Positions 9,624-20,185 of a stretch of DNA of 64,000 nucleotides are shown here, piece by piece. The DNA comes from Nitrospirota bacterium (GTDB taxonomy: Bacteria; Nitrospirota; UBA9217), in contig OY760142.1 of the NCBI GenBank assembly GCA_963663225.1, positions 192,001 to 256,000 on the forward strand, read 5' to 3'. A model generated the notes under the pieces. That model saw nothing but the letters and a program-made list of their open reading frames with translations. It was not told the DNA's origin and ran no database searches. Position 1 is the first letter of the stretch, and each line of letters opens with the position of its first letter. The position numbers and the translations under genes are program-made.

Positions 9624-10484
9624 CTATATTCCTGCCTTTTCGCGGTGTTTTTGCAAAATGTCCGTTATTGTCCCGAACCTGCTCAACTGCAGAAGTCCGG
9701 CCACTTTTTCCTCAAATCCGGCACGTCCGATTCCCTGATGCAGTCTGCGAGTGACGGGAACATGCTTCATCATCTCTTGCCATTCCAGCGGGTTAAATTC
9801 ATACGGATGGCAGTAAATAACAAAGGGCATATTTTCTTCTTCAATCCGTTTCAGACATCGCTTCAAAAACCAGGCCGGAAACAAACGAAAATATCCGCCT
9901 CCTCCTATCGGGATACGAAGACCTGCGGGCCGCTTCAACTGGAGGACAGTGACCGGCAGTTCTTCCAGAGGTCCTTCCGGAGTCTCAATCCTGCTGTATC
10001 CCCGTGCAAAACCTTCTATGCCGTAGCGAGGGGTTTTTAAAGGGAAAATGGACGAATCAAATTTAATACCGCACTCAACCATGACATCAAACGCCCAGAA
10101 GTTATCCTTGTCGATAGAAAAATCAGGAGCACGGAATCCGGTTACCGGTTTTCCGATAATGTCTTCAATCAGTTTGCCTGTCTCCGTTAATTCCTGTTTA
10201 AATGCTTTCGGCGTAAGACTGTAGACCGGTCGATGAGAATACCCGTGCGACTGGACTTCATGGCCGTTCGTACAAATCTCTTTGATCAACTCTGGATACT
10301 GTTTCGCAACCATCCCCTGGACGAAAAATGTGCCCTTTACATTCAAACGTTCAAGAAAGCCAAGAACATGCCGTGTGTTCCGGACGCAAAGTTCACTGAT
10401 GGGCGCGTCAAAGTTGTAAGAAGACTGGTACCAGTCTTCAACATCCACAGAAAAGGCGTGAATACTATTGTTTGCCATATTCAT
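9624..10484 (-). CDS. Polysaccharide deacetylase, PEP-CTERM/XrtA-system type (DUF3473-like C-terminus)
   Basis: SVDVEDWY, TFFVQG, SHGYSH, GFRAPDFSI, GGGYFRL, YCHPYEF. Confidence 0.88.
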   Translation of the reverse strand: MNMANNSIHAFSVDVEDWYQSSYNFDAPISELCVRNTRHVLGFLERLNVKGTFFVQGMVAKQYPELIKEICTNGHEVQSHGYSHRPVYSLTPKAFKQELTETGKLIEDIIGKPVTGFRAPDFSIDKDNFWAFDVMVECGIKFDSSIFPLKTPRYGIEGFARGYSRIETPEGPLEELPVTVLQLKRPAGLRIPIGGGGYFRLFPAWFLKRCLKRIEEENMPFVIYCHPYEFNPLEWQEMMKHVPVTRRLHQGIGRAGFEEKVAGLLQLSRFGTITDILQKHREKAGI

Positions 10485-11521
10485 TATCTGCTGAGTGATT
10501 CGAACCAGCTTGATTTGAAATTGAGGAATCGGTTAGCCAACCCAAACAGAAAGCCTGTTCCGAAACCCGTATGAATGCAGAAGATGGAGGCGGCAATGCC
10601 GGACCAAAATTTCATCTCGTGTTTCAGGGCGATTCTCAGGGCTTCCGCTGCAAGTGCAACCAGATAACCGCCTGTGTACAGAAAAAAGCATGCGGCCGCA
10701 TAGTTGCTGAACAGTCCAACACACCCCAGTACGCCGAATCCGGCTACAAGCAGCGCTGGCATGTAATGGCGCCATGAGGCCTGCCGGGGATGCTTTTCCA
10801 ACACAAATACTTTCCAATAACCGTATTGCAAAAACTGTTTGAACAGCTGTTTGAACGTTTTTCTAGGAAAATACTGGATCTTGATTCTGCCTGATTGAAT
10901 GACTTTGCCTCCATTCTTTCTCAAACGGAACGATAACTCATCATCCTGATTCCTGATCATGCGTTCGTCATACAAGCCGACTTCAATGAGGCGGCTTTTT
11001 TTGAAACAGCCGCCGTATACCGCATCGGTCTCGCCGATGAAATCTCCCCGATCACGCAAGGCGCCTCCCATGGCTATGGGACTTTTATATGCAAGCGCAA
11101 TGCTTTGCTGCGTGTAGGTAACGCCTGCCGGCACCAGCACACCACCGGCATTATCGGCACCGGTCTGCTCCATGAGGCCAATCAGTTCCGTTAAATAGTT
11201 TTTCGGATGAACGCACCGTACGTCTGCGCGCACAATATATTCCCCCCGAGCCTGCATGATTCCGAGATTCATGCCGTGTGGAACCGTTTTCTGCGGGTTG
11301 TCCAGAACGGTCAGCCCAGGGTATTTAGTCTGAAGCGTTGTATACATATCCCTGGTTCCATCCGTGCTCATGCCGTCAATGACAATAACTTCAAAACCGT
11401 CGGCTGGTGCGTCAAAACCATAAATGTTATCCAGACAGCTTTCAATATGTCCGGCTTCGTTCCTGCAGGGAATCAGGACTGAAGCTTTCAATTTTTGTCC
11501 GACGCTGTTTTTCATGTTCAT
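10484..11521 (-). CDS. Glycosyltransferase family 2 (ExoA-like)
   Basis: SVLIPCRNEA, IDGMSTDGT, RNQDDELSFRL, QFLQYGYWK, C-terminal TMs. Confidence 0.9.
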   Translation of the reverse strand: MNMKNSVGQKLKASVLIPCRNEAGHIESCLDNIYGFDAPADGFEVIVIDGMSTDGTRDMYTTLQTKYPGLTVLDNPQKTVPHGMNLGIMQARGEYIVRADVRCVHPKNYLTELIGLMEQTGADNAGGVLVPAGVTYTQQSIALAYKSPIAMGGALRDRGDFIGETDAVYGGCFKKSRLIEVGLYDERMIRNQDDELSFRLRKNGGKVIQSGRIKIQYFPRKTFKQLFKQFLQYGYWKVFVLEKHPRQASWRHYMPALLVAGFGVLGCVGLFSNYAAACFFLYTGGYLVALAAEALRIALKHEMKFWSGIAASIFCIHTGFGTGFLFGLANRFLNFKSSWFESLSR

Positions 11522-11555
11522 AGCCTGTTCATTCGTCCGTGATACAGCTTGCCGC

Positions 11556-12815
11556 TTAATGGAACTCGTATGCTCCCATATCGAAACCAGTTCCTTGAGG
11601 CCGCTTCACGCCGTCTTTATCCGTCATAACATCCGGCAACGCTACACCTTTATTGATCGCTGCGGAATTCTGCTGAAGGTGGAAATTTTCCTGCCGCGGG
11701 TTTATAAACCGCGGATCGCCGGTCACCGGAGACGTATCCGTCAATTTCAGCAGTTTTACCGGCTTGGGCCAGTACAGGTTGTTCGCGATCCTGATAGTCG
11801 AATTTCCTTTTTCGTTTTTTACATGCTGCGTACTCGCTGTCGAGCCGTCAGCGTTCGACAAGTCGAATATATTATTCTGCACGACGACGTTGTTTATATC
11901 CCGTTCGGTTCCATAAATCGACAGCGCCGCCCCTCCATTGCCGAAAATAGTATTATTGAAAATTTTTACGTTTGACACAACACCCGGAACATAGATGCCG
12001 CTGTGGGGATTGTTAAAAAGGATATTGTTTCTGATAATAACGTTTTCAATTCTTGCGTGATCATATGCCGCAAGGATGATTCCCGACCGCTGCAGAGAAT
12101 TGGCGACAATATTCCCTTCTATCACAACATCTTTTATCAGCCGCTCAAAACCCGGCTTGTCGCCACCGCGCCGCTGGTCAAAGACATGAATTCCATAGCC
12201 GCTCATTCCGCGAGCTGTGTTGTTTTTTATTTTAATGTTTGTACCGTGGCTGATATAGTAGCAATGACCCTGGGTTCCTACGCTGCTTGCTTTGATATCG
12301 CAGACATTCCCTTCAAGAAGAATATTATTGCCGCTCACACCGATCGCATCCCATGAATATCCGGCTCCTGAAAAATTATTATTTACCAGCTGTATCGTGG
12401 TACGGTTGATCCCGCCCGCACCGATTGACTTTCCGTTTTTAAAATGCAGCCCTTCAATACGGATATAGTCGCATTCGATGATAAAGGGCCTTTGACTGTT
12501 CACAAAAACAGGCGTCTCGTGCGGATACGCTTTTATCGTCACCAACTTTCCGGGTGCGCCGCAGTGGCCGTATTCCGCCCGAAGCCATACTTCACTTTCC
12601 TGATAGGTTCCGCCGCGAACAAGCACGGTGTCTCCCGGCCGCGCTTTTCGCGCCGCGTATTCCACGCTGCCCCAGGGACTGCTCTGAGACCCGCTGTTTC
12701 TGTCAGATCCGCTTGATGATACATAATAGGTGTCTCCCGCGCCGATTGCGGAGACAGGAATCATGGTCAGAATGAGTATAAAAAGAAAAAAACAATATAA
12801 GACGGGTTTATACAC
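11556..12815 (-). CDS. Secreted right-handed parallel beta-helix protein (DUF1565 N-terminus, choice-of-anchor-Q-like C-terminus); possible polysaccharide lyase/hydrolase
   Basis: Signal peptide, YYVSSSGSDRNSGSQSSPW, PGDTVLVRGGTY, NNxxxxN repeats, FHLQQNSAAINKG...DMGAYEF. GTG 12815 follows AGGAGG. Confidence 0.8.
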   Translation of the reverse strand: MYKPVLYCFFLFILILTMIPVSAIGAGDTYYVSSSGSDRNSGSQSSPWGSVEYAARKARPGDTVLVRGGTYQESEVWLRAEYGHCGAPGKLVTIKAYPHETPVFVNSQRPFIIECDYIRIEGLHFKNGKSIGAGGINRTTIQLVNNNFSGAGYSWDAIGVSGNNILLEGNVCDIKASSVGTQGHCYYISHGTNIKIKNNTARGMSGYGIHVFDQRRGGDKPGFERLIKDVVIEGNIVANSLQRSGIILAAYDHARIENVIIRNNILFNNPHSGIYVPGVVSNVKIFNNTIFGNGGAALSIYGTERDINNVVVQNNIFDLSNADGSTASTQHVKNEKGNSTIRIANNLYWPKPVKLLKLTDTSPVTGDPRFINPRQENFHLQQNSAAINKGVALPDVMTDKDGVKRPQGTGFDMGAYEFH

Positions 12816-14178
12816 GTTTCCTCCTTGGGATCTCAAGCATCGCTTTGCCGGTGACAACAGGAACTGAATTTTCGACCTGAGTGGCTTGCTGTTTCGCAGA
12901 TTTCATTAACAGAATTCCTCTGTCGGTCAGTCCCCAAAAAACCCAAAAATACGTCCCCATTTCATAATAGGAAAAGCGATCGCCAAAAACATTTGTAATA
13001 GCATGCGCTATAGCGCACCCGATAAAACCGAGCCCGAGACCGCGTTGAAATTGGCTTGTGCCGCCTCTGAACAACTTCCAGCCGCTTCTGAGCGCACCCA
13101 AGAAAATGAGCAGCAATAAGAACGTGCCGATAAGGCCTTGCTCGCACAGAGTCTTTAAATAGAAGTTATGCGTGTCGGACCAGTGTTCGCTGATATGCGC
13201 CACGGTAAAGCCTTTGAACCCGCTCCCGAAAATCGGATATTCATGGAACATGTCCATTGCTGAGTTCCAGAGCATCAGACGTGCCGCTGCGGAAGACTCC
13301 AGCTCACCGGTTCCGCTTTCGGTCATCTGTATACGTTCAACGACTGAAGTCGGCAACACGACCTGCCACAGCAGAACAAGAATCACTACCGCGACTAAGA
13401 GACGCCTGTCCTTCAGAAGGCCATAAACCGCCAACACGCTAAAAGCAGCAAGGTATGCTCCTCGGGAAAACGTAAAAAAGAGCGGATGGAGTGAAAAAAT
13501 CAATGCCGCCAGATACAGCCATTTTCTTTTCCGATCCTTGTCCAGAAGGAAAAGGCCCAGAATAAATGAAAAACAATAGGCGATAAACGCGCCGTAGTGG
13601 TTCGAGCCGAGCCCGGCTACCCAGAAAGGACCCGCGTCCCTGCTTTCATCGACAAAAGACGCGCCTGCAGTAAAATTCCTGAAGCTTTTTACAGCGACGT
13701 ACAAGACCACCAGGGTCATGATGACAACCAGTTGTTTCTGTTGTTTTTCGTCCTTGATTGCGCTCACGGTCAGAAAGTAGGTGAAGATCATTACGCAATA
13801 ACTTTTCCAGATCACGAGAACCTGGCTTTCCCGCGTTATGGGTGTGGGAAGGCCGAAATTCAGGCTGACATTCCATACCGAAATATAGCTGACGATAAGG
13901 AAAATCAGCACGATAACGGAATTATCGGATTTTGAAAAACCTTTTTTATTCACGAAAATGCCGATAAATACTGCAATGATCAGCATGTCGATGAAATCCT
14001 TGCCGTACGGAAAGCTATACAGCTTGTGGTACACGTTCGGCTGCGGTATCAGGGCGACTGCCAGATACAGCGCCCATTCCGCTTTTTTTGCGATGCTGAT
14101 AATCGCGGTGATAATTCCGCCGAAATAAAGCGTGTTGACTAATATCCAACTGATGATTGGTCGTAAAAAAGCTATCAT
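12808..14178 (-). CDS. wzy: O-antigen ligase/polymerase family membrane protein (probable Wzy)
   Basis: About 11-12 TM segments, FTFSRGAYLA, RLMLW, GSGFKGF, DTHNFYL (Wzy_C motif). Confidence 0.8.
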   Translation of the reverse strand: MIAFLRPIISWILVNTLYFGGIITAIISIAKKAEWALYLAVALIPQPNVYHKLYSFPYGKDFIDMLIIAVFIGIFVNKKGFSKSDNSVIVLIFLIVSYISVWNVSLNFGLPTPITRESQVLVIWKSYCVMIFTYFLTVSAIKDEKQQKQLVVIMTLVVLYVAVKSFRNFTAGASFVDESRDAGPFWVAGLGSNHYGAFIAYCFSFILGLFLLDKDRKRKWLYLAALIFSLHPLFFTFSRGAYLAAFSVLAVYGLLKDRRLLVAVVILVLLWQVVLPTSVVERIQMTESGTGELESSAAARLMLWNSAMDMFHEYPIFGSGFKGFTVAHISEHWSDTHNFYLKTLCEQGLIGTFLLLLIFLGALRSGWKLFRGGTSQFQRGLGLGFIGCAIAHAITNVFGDRFSYYEMGTYFWVFWGLTDRGILLMKSAKQQATQVENSVPVVTGKAMLEIPRRKRV

Positions 14179-14236
14179 ATATTATGCCTGTTGTTTGCCT
14201 TGAGCATATAGCACCGGTAAATACCGATTGCCGGAA

Positions 14237-15697
14237 TCAAGCCCAGTTTAAACTTCTTTTCAATTTTTCTCTTAGTTCATTTTCTTTATACAACGTTCCG
14301 ATGCAAATAATGATGACTCCTGCAAGGACCTTGACGATAAGGCTTATCCAGACAGTTGCGATGTGGATTTGCAGAACGATAAGGAACATGACGCTTGACA
14401 GAGCGAGGTAATAAATTAATTTATTAAACTCCAGATTGATGCGCAGATATTTCCTCGACTGAAATGCTCCGAGGAATGTCGCGAGCGAACATGCCGTCAA
14501 ATTTGCAATAGCGGCGCCGGTGGTACCGTAGGAGGGAAGCAGCAGTATATTCATGGTAATATTGACGGCAACGGCAAACAGCATAATGCCGAGCATGGTC
14601 ATTGTTCGTTTTGCCAAATAGAGGCCGGCGTTGAACAGGCTCCCCATCGCAAATATCATGTAGCCGACAAGGATAACCGGTGAAAAGAAAGCCGCAGCTG
14701 CGTATTTTTCAGAAGCCAGCGTGATAAACAGGTCTTTGGAAACCGCAATATATCCGAAGCAAATGGGTATAAAAGCTATCAGAAGATAATGCATGCTCTT
14801 CTGTAAAAAAACCTCTGTCTTTTCCTTGCCCTCCTTATTGTAAACCTCCAGATAAATCGGGACAATCGCATAGGATATGGAAAACGTAATAATGTTTGCT
14901 ATATACATGGCAAGATTATATCCAACGGCATACAGGCCGAGCATGGCCTCTCCGTGATAAGCAACAATAAGATAACGGTCGGCATAGGACAATGCCAGAA
15001 AAGCGCATTCGCTGAAGAGCAGCGGAAGTCCGAATTTTATCAATCTTTTTGCGAGGTCGCCGGATACCCTTCCCAACTGTACGGGAAACGTTCTAAAAAA
15101 CCAGGTGAATAAGACAACGCCGGCCACAAACTCAGAGATTACCACACCGATGAAATATCCGTATAATTCATGAACGACGAACAACAAGAGAAAAAGCGAG
15201 AGACCTATGGACAGCGCTTTTTCGCATACATTAAGCGCGTTCATGAAAATTGTCTTGCCTTTAACTCGCATGAAATTCATCGCTATAATGTTTAGCGGGC
15301 GGATAAACAGATAAGCAGCCATAACGCCAAAACAGGTAAGATATGTGGTGTCAATATTGATAAAATGTCTAAGAACGGGAAGAGTCAGCAGATACAGCAC
15401 GACTGTGACGACTGCGAACACAAGGCCTCTGATAAGGACCGTCGTGGAGAATACCGTTAAAGTCTCGGTATCTGAGCTGTTTTCTCCATACAATCTGATA
15501 ATCCCGTCTGACAAGCCGGCTTTGCTGACGGCCACGGCAATAAGCATCGTTGTGGTCACCAATCCCAGAATCCCGTACTGTTCTTTCGTAAGCACCCTTG
15601 TTAATATAGGAAACGAGATGAAACTGAGCAGCTGTGCCATGCCCATACCGGTAATAAAGTGACTGAATTGTGTAAAAAATTTTCTGACAGCTGACAT
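14237..15697 (-). CDS. wzx: Oligosaccharide flippase
   Basis: Polytopic membrane protein; PILTRVLTKEQYG, FGLPL, ADRYLI, GLYAVGY. Confidence 0.88.
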   Translation of the reverse strand: MSAVRKFFTQFSHFITGMGMAQLLSFISFPILTRVLTKEQYGILGLVTTTMLIAVAVSKAGLSDGIIRLYGENSSDTETLTVFSTTVLIRGLVFAVVTVVLYLLTLPVLRHFINIDTTYLTCFGVMAAYLFIRPLNIIAMNFMRVKGKTIFMNALNVCEKALSIGLSLFLLLFVVHELYGYFIGVVISEFVAGVVLFTWFFRTFPVQLGRVSGDLAKRLIKFGLPLLFSECAFLALSYADRYLIVAYHGEAMLGLYAVGYNLAMYIANIITFSISYAIVPIYLEVYNKEGKEKTEVFLQKSMHYLLIAFIPICFGYIAVSKDLFITLASEKYAAAAFFSPVILVGYMIFAMGSLFNAGLYLAKRTMTMLGIMLFAVAVNITMNILLLPSYGTTGAAIANLTACSLATFLGAFQSRKYLRINLEFNKLIYYLALSSVMFLIVLQIHIATVWISLIVKVLAGVIIICIGTLYKENELREKLKRSLNWA

Positions 15698-15752
15698 AAT
15701 AAAATAATGTTTTGCAGAGCCAATCAGGCAATTCTGCGTCGGAAGCCTGTAT

Positions 15753-16790
15753 TTAAAAACCGGTCAACTTTAGTGCAAAGTACCCTTTTGAGAATCCTCC
15801 ATGAAGAGACAAGCTCGAGGCTTCCCACATATTAATCCTTTTTAATGAAAAAGTATCCGAAAGATCATTGACACCTATTTCCGTTGTAACGGCGTATTCA
15901 TATCCTGCTTCCTGAACCGCCTTCTTGAGCGCAGAATCGATATTTCCGCATGGATACGAAAAGCTGTTTACCTGCTGCCGGGTGTTCTCTTCTATAATCT
16001 GTTTTGAATCATACAGTTCATGTTTCAACTGTATTTTGTCTATCATGGTCGGGTTGTCATGACTGCAGGTGTGAGAGCCGAATTGACCATGATCATGCAT
16101 CGACGCGATCTGATTCCAGCTCATTATAGGATTGCTACTTTTTAATTTTTCGTGGTCTGTCTGCAACTTTTCGTGGAGTATTTTGAGAAGTGAATCTACT
16201 TTTTTTGAATCCCACTCATTAACTCTGGCAAAGAAACCAGACGGGTTTTTCTCAAATTCCTCGAACAACATTGCTACTTCAGAGTTTGTCCGCTGTATAA
16301 GTGTCTCTTTGCTGCCCCATTGCTGCATCTGAATAAGGTAATAATACAATTGATCCCACCAGAACGGATTCTCATCTTTGCTACCGATTTTATCGGCAGT
16401 GAGAAAGAATGTCGCGGTCAAATCCAGTTTTTTAAGCACTGGGTAGGCATTCCGATAGTTATCTTCATAACCGTCGTCAAAGGTAATAATCAGCGAGTTG
16501 GAAGGTAACTTATTGCCGGGATAATTTTTTTTTAAATCCTGGAACGAAAGAACAGTATACCATTTCTTAATAAAGCGTAGTTGATTCTCAAAACTCTCTA
16601 CTGTTGTAAACAGATATGGCAGCGACGCGTCAAGTTTACTGAGCGATTGGCCAGTCACCCTGTGATAGGTTATGATGGTAAGCCGATTACCGGCAATATT
16701 GTTCAGAAAACGGACAAAATGAAATAATCCGGTGTATAGATATAGCAAACCAACGGCTCTTCGAACAGTTTGTTTTATTTTAGTAACCAC
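15753..16790 (-). CDS. Polysaccharide deacetylase (CE4)
   Basis: ITYHRV, ITFDDGYEDNY, ATFFL, FWWD, GSHTCSH, FSYPCG. Confidence 0.9.
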   Translation of the reverse strand: MVTKIKQTVRRAVGLLYLYTGLFHFVRFLNNIAGNRLTIITYHRVTGQSLSKLDASLPYLFTTVESFENQLRFIKKWYTVLSFQDLKKNYPGNKLPSNSLIITFDDGYEDNYRNAYPVLKKLDLTATFFLTADKIGSKDENPFWWDQLYYYLIQMQQWGSKETLIQRTNSEVAMLFEEFEKNPSGFFARVNEWDSKKVDSLLKILHEKLQTDHEKLKSSNPIMSWNQIASMHDHGQFGSHTCSHDNPTMIDKIQLKHELYDSKQIIEENTRQQVNSFSYPCGNIDSALKKAVQEAGYEYAVTTEIGVNDLSDTFSLKRINMWEASSLSLHGGFSKGYFALKLTGF

Positions 16791-16831
16791 GAATGCTTCC
16801 TTTTCCGTGATAAAACTGAGCGTATGACTAC

Positions 16832-17908
16832 TTAATGATTTCCCCAGGATAACAACATTCTTTTTAATGAGACAAGCATTTTTATCGCATTAAAAGGAAA
16901 CACTGAGCACAAGCGGTAAAACCAGAAGGTGTTATCACAGTACGGATTGTTTATCGATTTAATCACCTTCCAGATTGCTTCCGCTTCATACCGCATGCCT
17001 TTTTTTAGATACTCTTTGTATAAAAGCACAAGCAACCTTTTGTATTCTCTTTCAATCTCTTCTATTGCGGGTCTGTTCGGACTTTGCGATGGGAAATATA
17101 TTTTTTTACAAATATCGATATGATACCGCAATTTTGTAAGATATTCGACCTGCGTAAGACGATTACCGGCATGACTTCTGTTGCCCGCTGTGGCAATATC
17201 CATAAAAATAAGATCACAATCCTGCGTCAAATGGGCCATAAGCCAGTAATCTTCCCATGTCAAATAACCTTCCGAAAATCGAATCTTCTTCTCAAAACAT
17301 TCTCTTTTTGCCAGAAGTGTCCAAGCACTAATATAGTTATTTTTTAATTCTGCAGAAAATAGATTTCCTGCATATATGTCAAAAGAATCGTTATTATAGG
17401 TTATCCCAAAATCCCTAGAGCTGTATTGTTTCGAATATACATCTGACCAAGTGCGAATACTTCCTTTTTCCCCCATACCCACCCAGGTATGCAAACCATT
17501 ATTCGAAATAATCCCCGTCTTATCAAATATGTAAAAATCTGAATGCACCGCTTTATAGGTAGGAAAAGCCCGCAACACGTTAAATTGCAATGACAGCTTA
17601 AATGGCATCCATATATCGTCAGAATCTAAAAAGGCGAGCCATTCGTTCTGCGCCTCCTGGATTCCACGGTTTCTTGCTGCGCCTGCACCGGCATTTTGCT
17701 GGCAAATATATTTTATTTTACTGCCGAAGCCCAGCACAACTTCCCGCGTATTGTCTGTTGATCCATCATCAACAACAATAATTTCAATATCGCAATTGTG
17801 GATATCCTGATCGAGCACGCTTCGGATTGACTCGGCGATTAAACCAGCACGATTAAAAGTAGGAATTATTACAGATACAGACGGGAACTCAGTCATATTA
17901 TTAACCAT
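16832..17908 (-). CDS. Glycosyltransferase family 2
   Basis: VSVIIPTFNR, VVDDGSTDNT, AARNRGI, AFLDSDD. Confidence 0.92.
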   Translation of the reverse strand: MVNNMTEFPSVSVIIPTFNRAGLIAESIRSVLDQDIHNCDIEIIVVDDGSTDNTREVVLGFGSKIKYICQQNAGAGAARNRGIQEAQNEWLAFLDSDDIWMPFKLSLQFNVLRAFPTYKAVHSDFYIFDKTGIISNNGLHTWVGMGEKGSIRTWSDVYSKQYSSRDFGITYNNDSFDIYAGNLFSAELKNNYISAWTLLAKRECFEKKIRFSEGYLTWEDYWLMAHLTQDCDLIFMDIATAGNRSHAGNRLTQVEYLTKLRYHIDICKKIYFPSQSPNRPAIEEIEREYKRLLVLLYKEYLKKGMRYEAEAIWKVIKSINNPYCDNTFWFYRLCSVFPFNAIKMLVSLKRMLLSWGNH

Positions 17909-19028
17909 GGGTGGTCAACTTAAACAATTTTTTCGCGAAATCTTTTATACTGAAAATAGACTGTAATAATTGTCCTTTATAACTTTTATTAAATGCACAT
18001 ACTATGACATGTTTTCTCTCGTTTTCCTTCGCCCATATTCGCTTCCATGTCATGGAGGGTCCGAGAAAATCAAATTCAGTTATGTTACGCTTGAAGACGG
18101 CATCAAATTGCATCCATTTAAGCGTGTTGCCTACTCCGAATTCATGGTATGTTTCGTCAAATTCAGTTTTTAAATCATACAAGGTGTTTTCATACAGCAG
18201 ACAAAAGTCAAAAACAACGGGTGTATTTCCGGCATAAAGAATATAAAGCTCCAACCATGCTTCCCGTGCAGCGGTATACGCCAAGTCACGGTAAAAAGAT
18301 TTTAGTAATGGTGTCGAAGAAAGAGCCGTGCCCTCCCTGGCTTTCCAGCTTTTTGCAGCAATTGTGAATACATCATCAAGTGCTTTATCCAACTCAGATG
18401 AGTCCTTATAGGAGATAAGTTTTACAGGACCGTTTTCCTCTAGTTTTTTAAACCTGCTGTTCAAACCTCTCTTAAATCGTGGCTGAAGGTTCTTAATATA
18501 GTCATCCCAGCAGTTCGTTATGGGTATATACGGCGTCGACATTTGAAAATACTGTTTGCAGGAAATGTCTTTTTTCTTCAAAGACGCTAAAAAGTGCTTT
18601 TTAGCAGGTGAATCGTCGTAAAAATACTCAAGATTCAGTAAATCCCATGTTTCGCCATATTCATTCAGCAAGCATGAGACTATAACATCGCATGCTTGTT
18701 CTGGCTTATCACTTAATATTAGATCTGCTCTGTTTGAATGAACATTTGCTATAAATTCAATTTTGTTTGCGTTCAGTGTTGTGTTTGTTTTGCCAATGAC
18801 AGTATATGGTCCTTGGTTGAACATAAAAGGAGCTATCGCAATAAGTTCGTTTTTATCATATACAAGTATGATAAAGAGCTTATTTTCGGACCGGAAGGCT
18901 CTCCACCATGCATCCATCCATTCGTGAGTTAGAAAAACAAAGGGGTGAAGACTTCGTTTTAGCAAGTTGTTCCAAGCATTCTTAATCTCCAAAAAATCTT
19001 CATATGTATTTATGACGTGAACCTTCAT
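17901..19028 (-). CDS. GNAT family N-acyltransferase, CelD/BcsL (FemAB-like) type
   Basis: WNNLL...FLTHEWMDAWW, IAIAP, GVGNTL, EFDFLG..MTWKRIWA. Confidence 0.82.
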   Translation of the reverse strand: MKVHVINTYEDFLEIKNAWNNLLKRSLHPFVFLTHEWMDAWWRAFRSENKLFIILVYDKNELIAIAPFMFNQGPYTVIGKTNTTLNANKIEFIANVHSNRADLILSDKPEQACDVIVSCLLNEYGETWDLLNLEYFYDDSPAKKHFLASLKKKDISCKQYFQMSTPYIPITNCWDDYIKNLQPRFKRGLNSRFKKLEENGPVKLISYKDSSELDKALDDVFTIAAKSWKAREGTALSSTPLLKSFYRDLAYTAAREAWLELYILYAGNTPVVFDFCLLYENTLYDLKTEFDETYHEFGVGNTLKWMQFDAVFKRNITEFDFLGPSMTWKRIWAKENERKHVIVCAFNKSYKGQLLQSIFSIKDFAKKLFKLTTHG

Positions 19029-19039
19029 TTCATGGTATT

Positions 19040-20185
19040 TCAGGATTTTTTGGCGATATATGCAGTCTGGCTGGGCAAACCGGCACTTCTAAATAGTTTT
19101 TTTGCTGAGCATTTTATACGATATAAAATATTCGAGAGCGTACCATTTATTGTTTTGTTATAAAGAGTAACCGTAAACAAAGGACGGCCATCTTTGGTCC
19201 AGCCGCTTTTATATTCCTCGCTTCCCTGTAAGAAGTTATACTCTGTATTGCCGTTTTGAAAGGCTTCTTTGATTGCCTCAAATACAATAGCTTTGCCCGG
19301 TCCAAACCGCTCCCATTTTACGTCCATTCCCTTCTGATAGGAAAATATGCGTCCTTGATAGTTAAAATTATAAGAAGCGGCAATGACGTCTTTTTTGTTT
19401 CGCAAAAACCTCATGGAAATCCAACCGGAGTTGTTTATGCGTTTTGACAAAGCCTTGTGGAATTCGAGAATCGCGGCATCATTAAAGGTGCTGCGGATTT
19501 TTTTTCTACTGGATCTGCTCGCATGAATAGCAAACAAGGTATCAAATGCTTCAGGTTCGGCCAGCGGGTCACACGATTCATATGAGAAGCCCTGCGCTTC
19601 CAGTTTCTTTTTTCTGCTTTTCAGGTTGTATCTTTGTTTGGAATCAAGGGTATTTACAAAATCTTCAAAGCTGCCGTGCAACGGAATAAAGTAAGCGTAG
19701 GAATCCTGCCGGATATTGTAACAGAGGCCGTTCCTGTAATCAGCGCGGTCCTGTTTAGTCCATGAAATAAAGTTGCTGCCCTCAGCAAACAGTCGCAAAT
19801 CAAGAACGTCCCATTCTCTATATTCAGAATACAGGAAATTACAGAGTGCTTCGATGCATGCTTTCGCGTTTTCTTTTGATGCAATAACATCAAGATGGTC
19901 AGGATACAGCTCCCTGCAGCCGCAATAGGTTAATACACGGCCGACAGTACATTCTCTGTTCAAACAAATATTATACGAAGCAAGCGGGAGTATGCCTTTA
20001 AGTTCGGAATCCTCATACACAAATAAAATGAGAGGCATATAGCTTTCACCAAACTGTTCCCACCAGGTATATATCCATTCCCAGGTGCAGAAGATTGATG
20101 GAATCGGCATCGAAGCCGCCAAACAGTTCCAGGCGTCCCTGCTGTTTTCGAATTCCTTCTCAGTTGCGATCTTTACTGTATACAT
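19040..20185 (-). CDS. GNAT family N-acyltransferase, CelD/BcsL type
   Basis: WNCLA...FCTWEWIYTWW, GILPL, DHLD, YQKG, GPG, NFLQGSEEYKSGW. Confidence 0.85.
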   Translation of the reverse strand: MYTVKIATEKEFENSRDAWNCLAASMPIPSIFCTWEWIYTWWEQFGESYMPLILFVYEDSELKGILPLASYNICLNRECTVGRVLTYCGCRELYPDHLDVIASKENAKACIEALCNFLYSEYREWDVLDLRLFAEGSNFISWTKQDRADYRNGLCYNIRQDSYAYFIPLHGSFEDFVNTLDSKQRYNLKSRKKKLEAQGFSYESCDPLAEPEAFDTLFAIHASRSSRKKIRSTFNDAAILEFHKALSKRINNSGWISMRFLRNKKDVIAASYNFNYQGRIFSYQKGMDVKWERFGPGKAIVFEAIKEAFQNGNTEYNFLQGSEEYKSGWTKDGRPLFTVTLYNKTINGTLSNILYRIKCSAKKLFRSAGLPSQTAYIAKKS

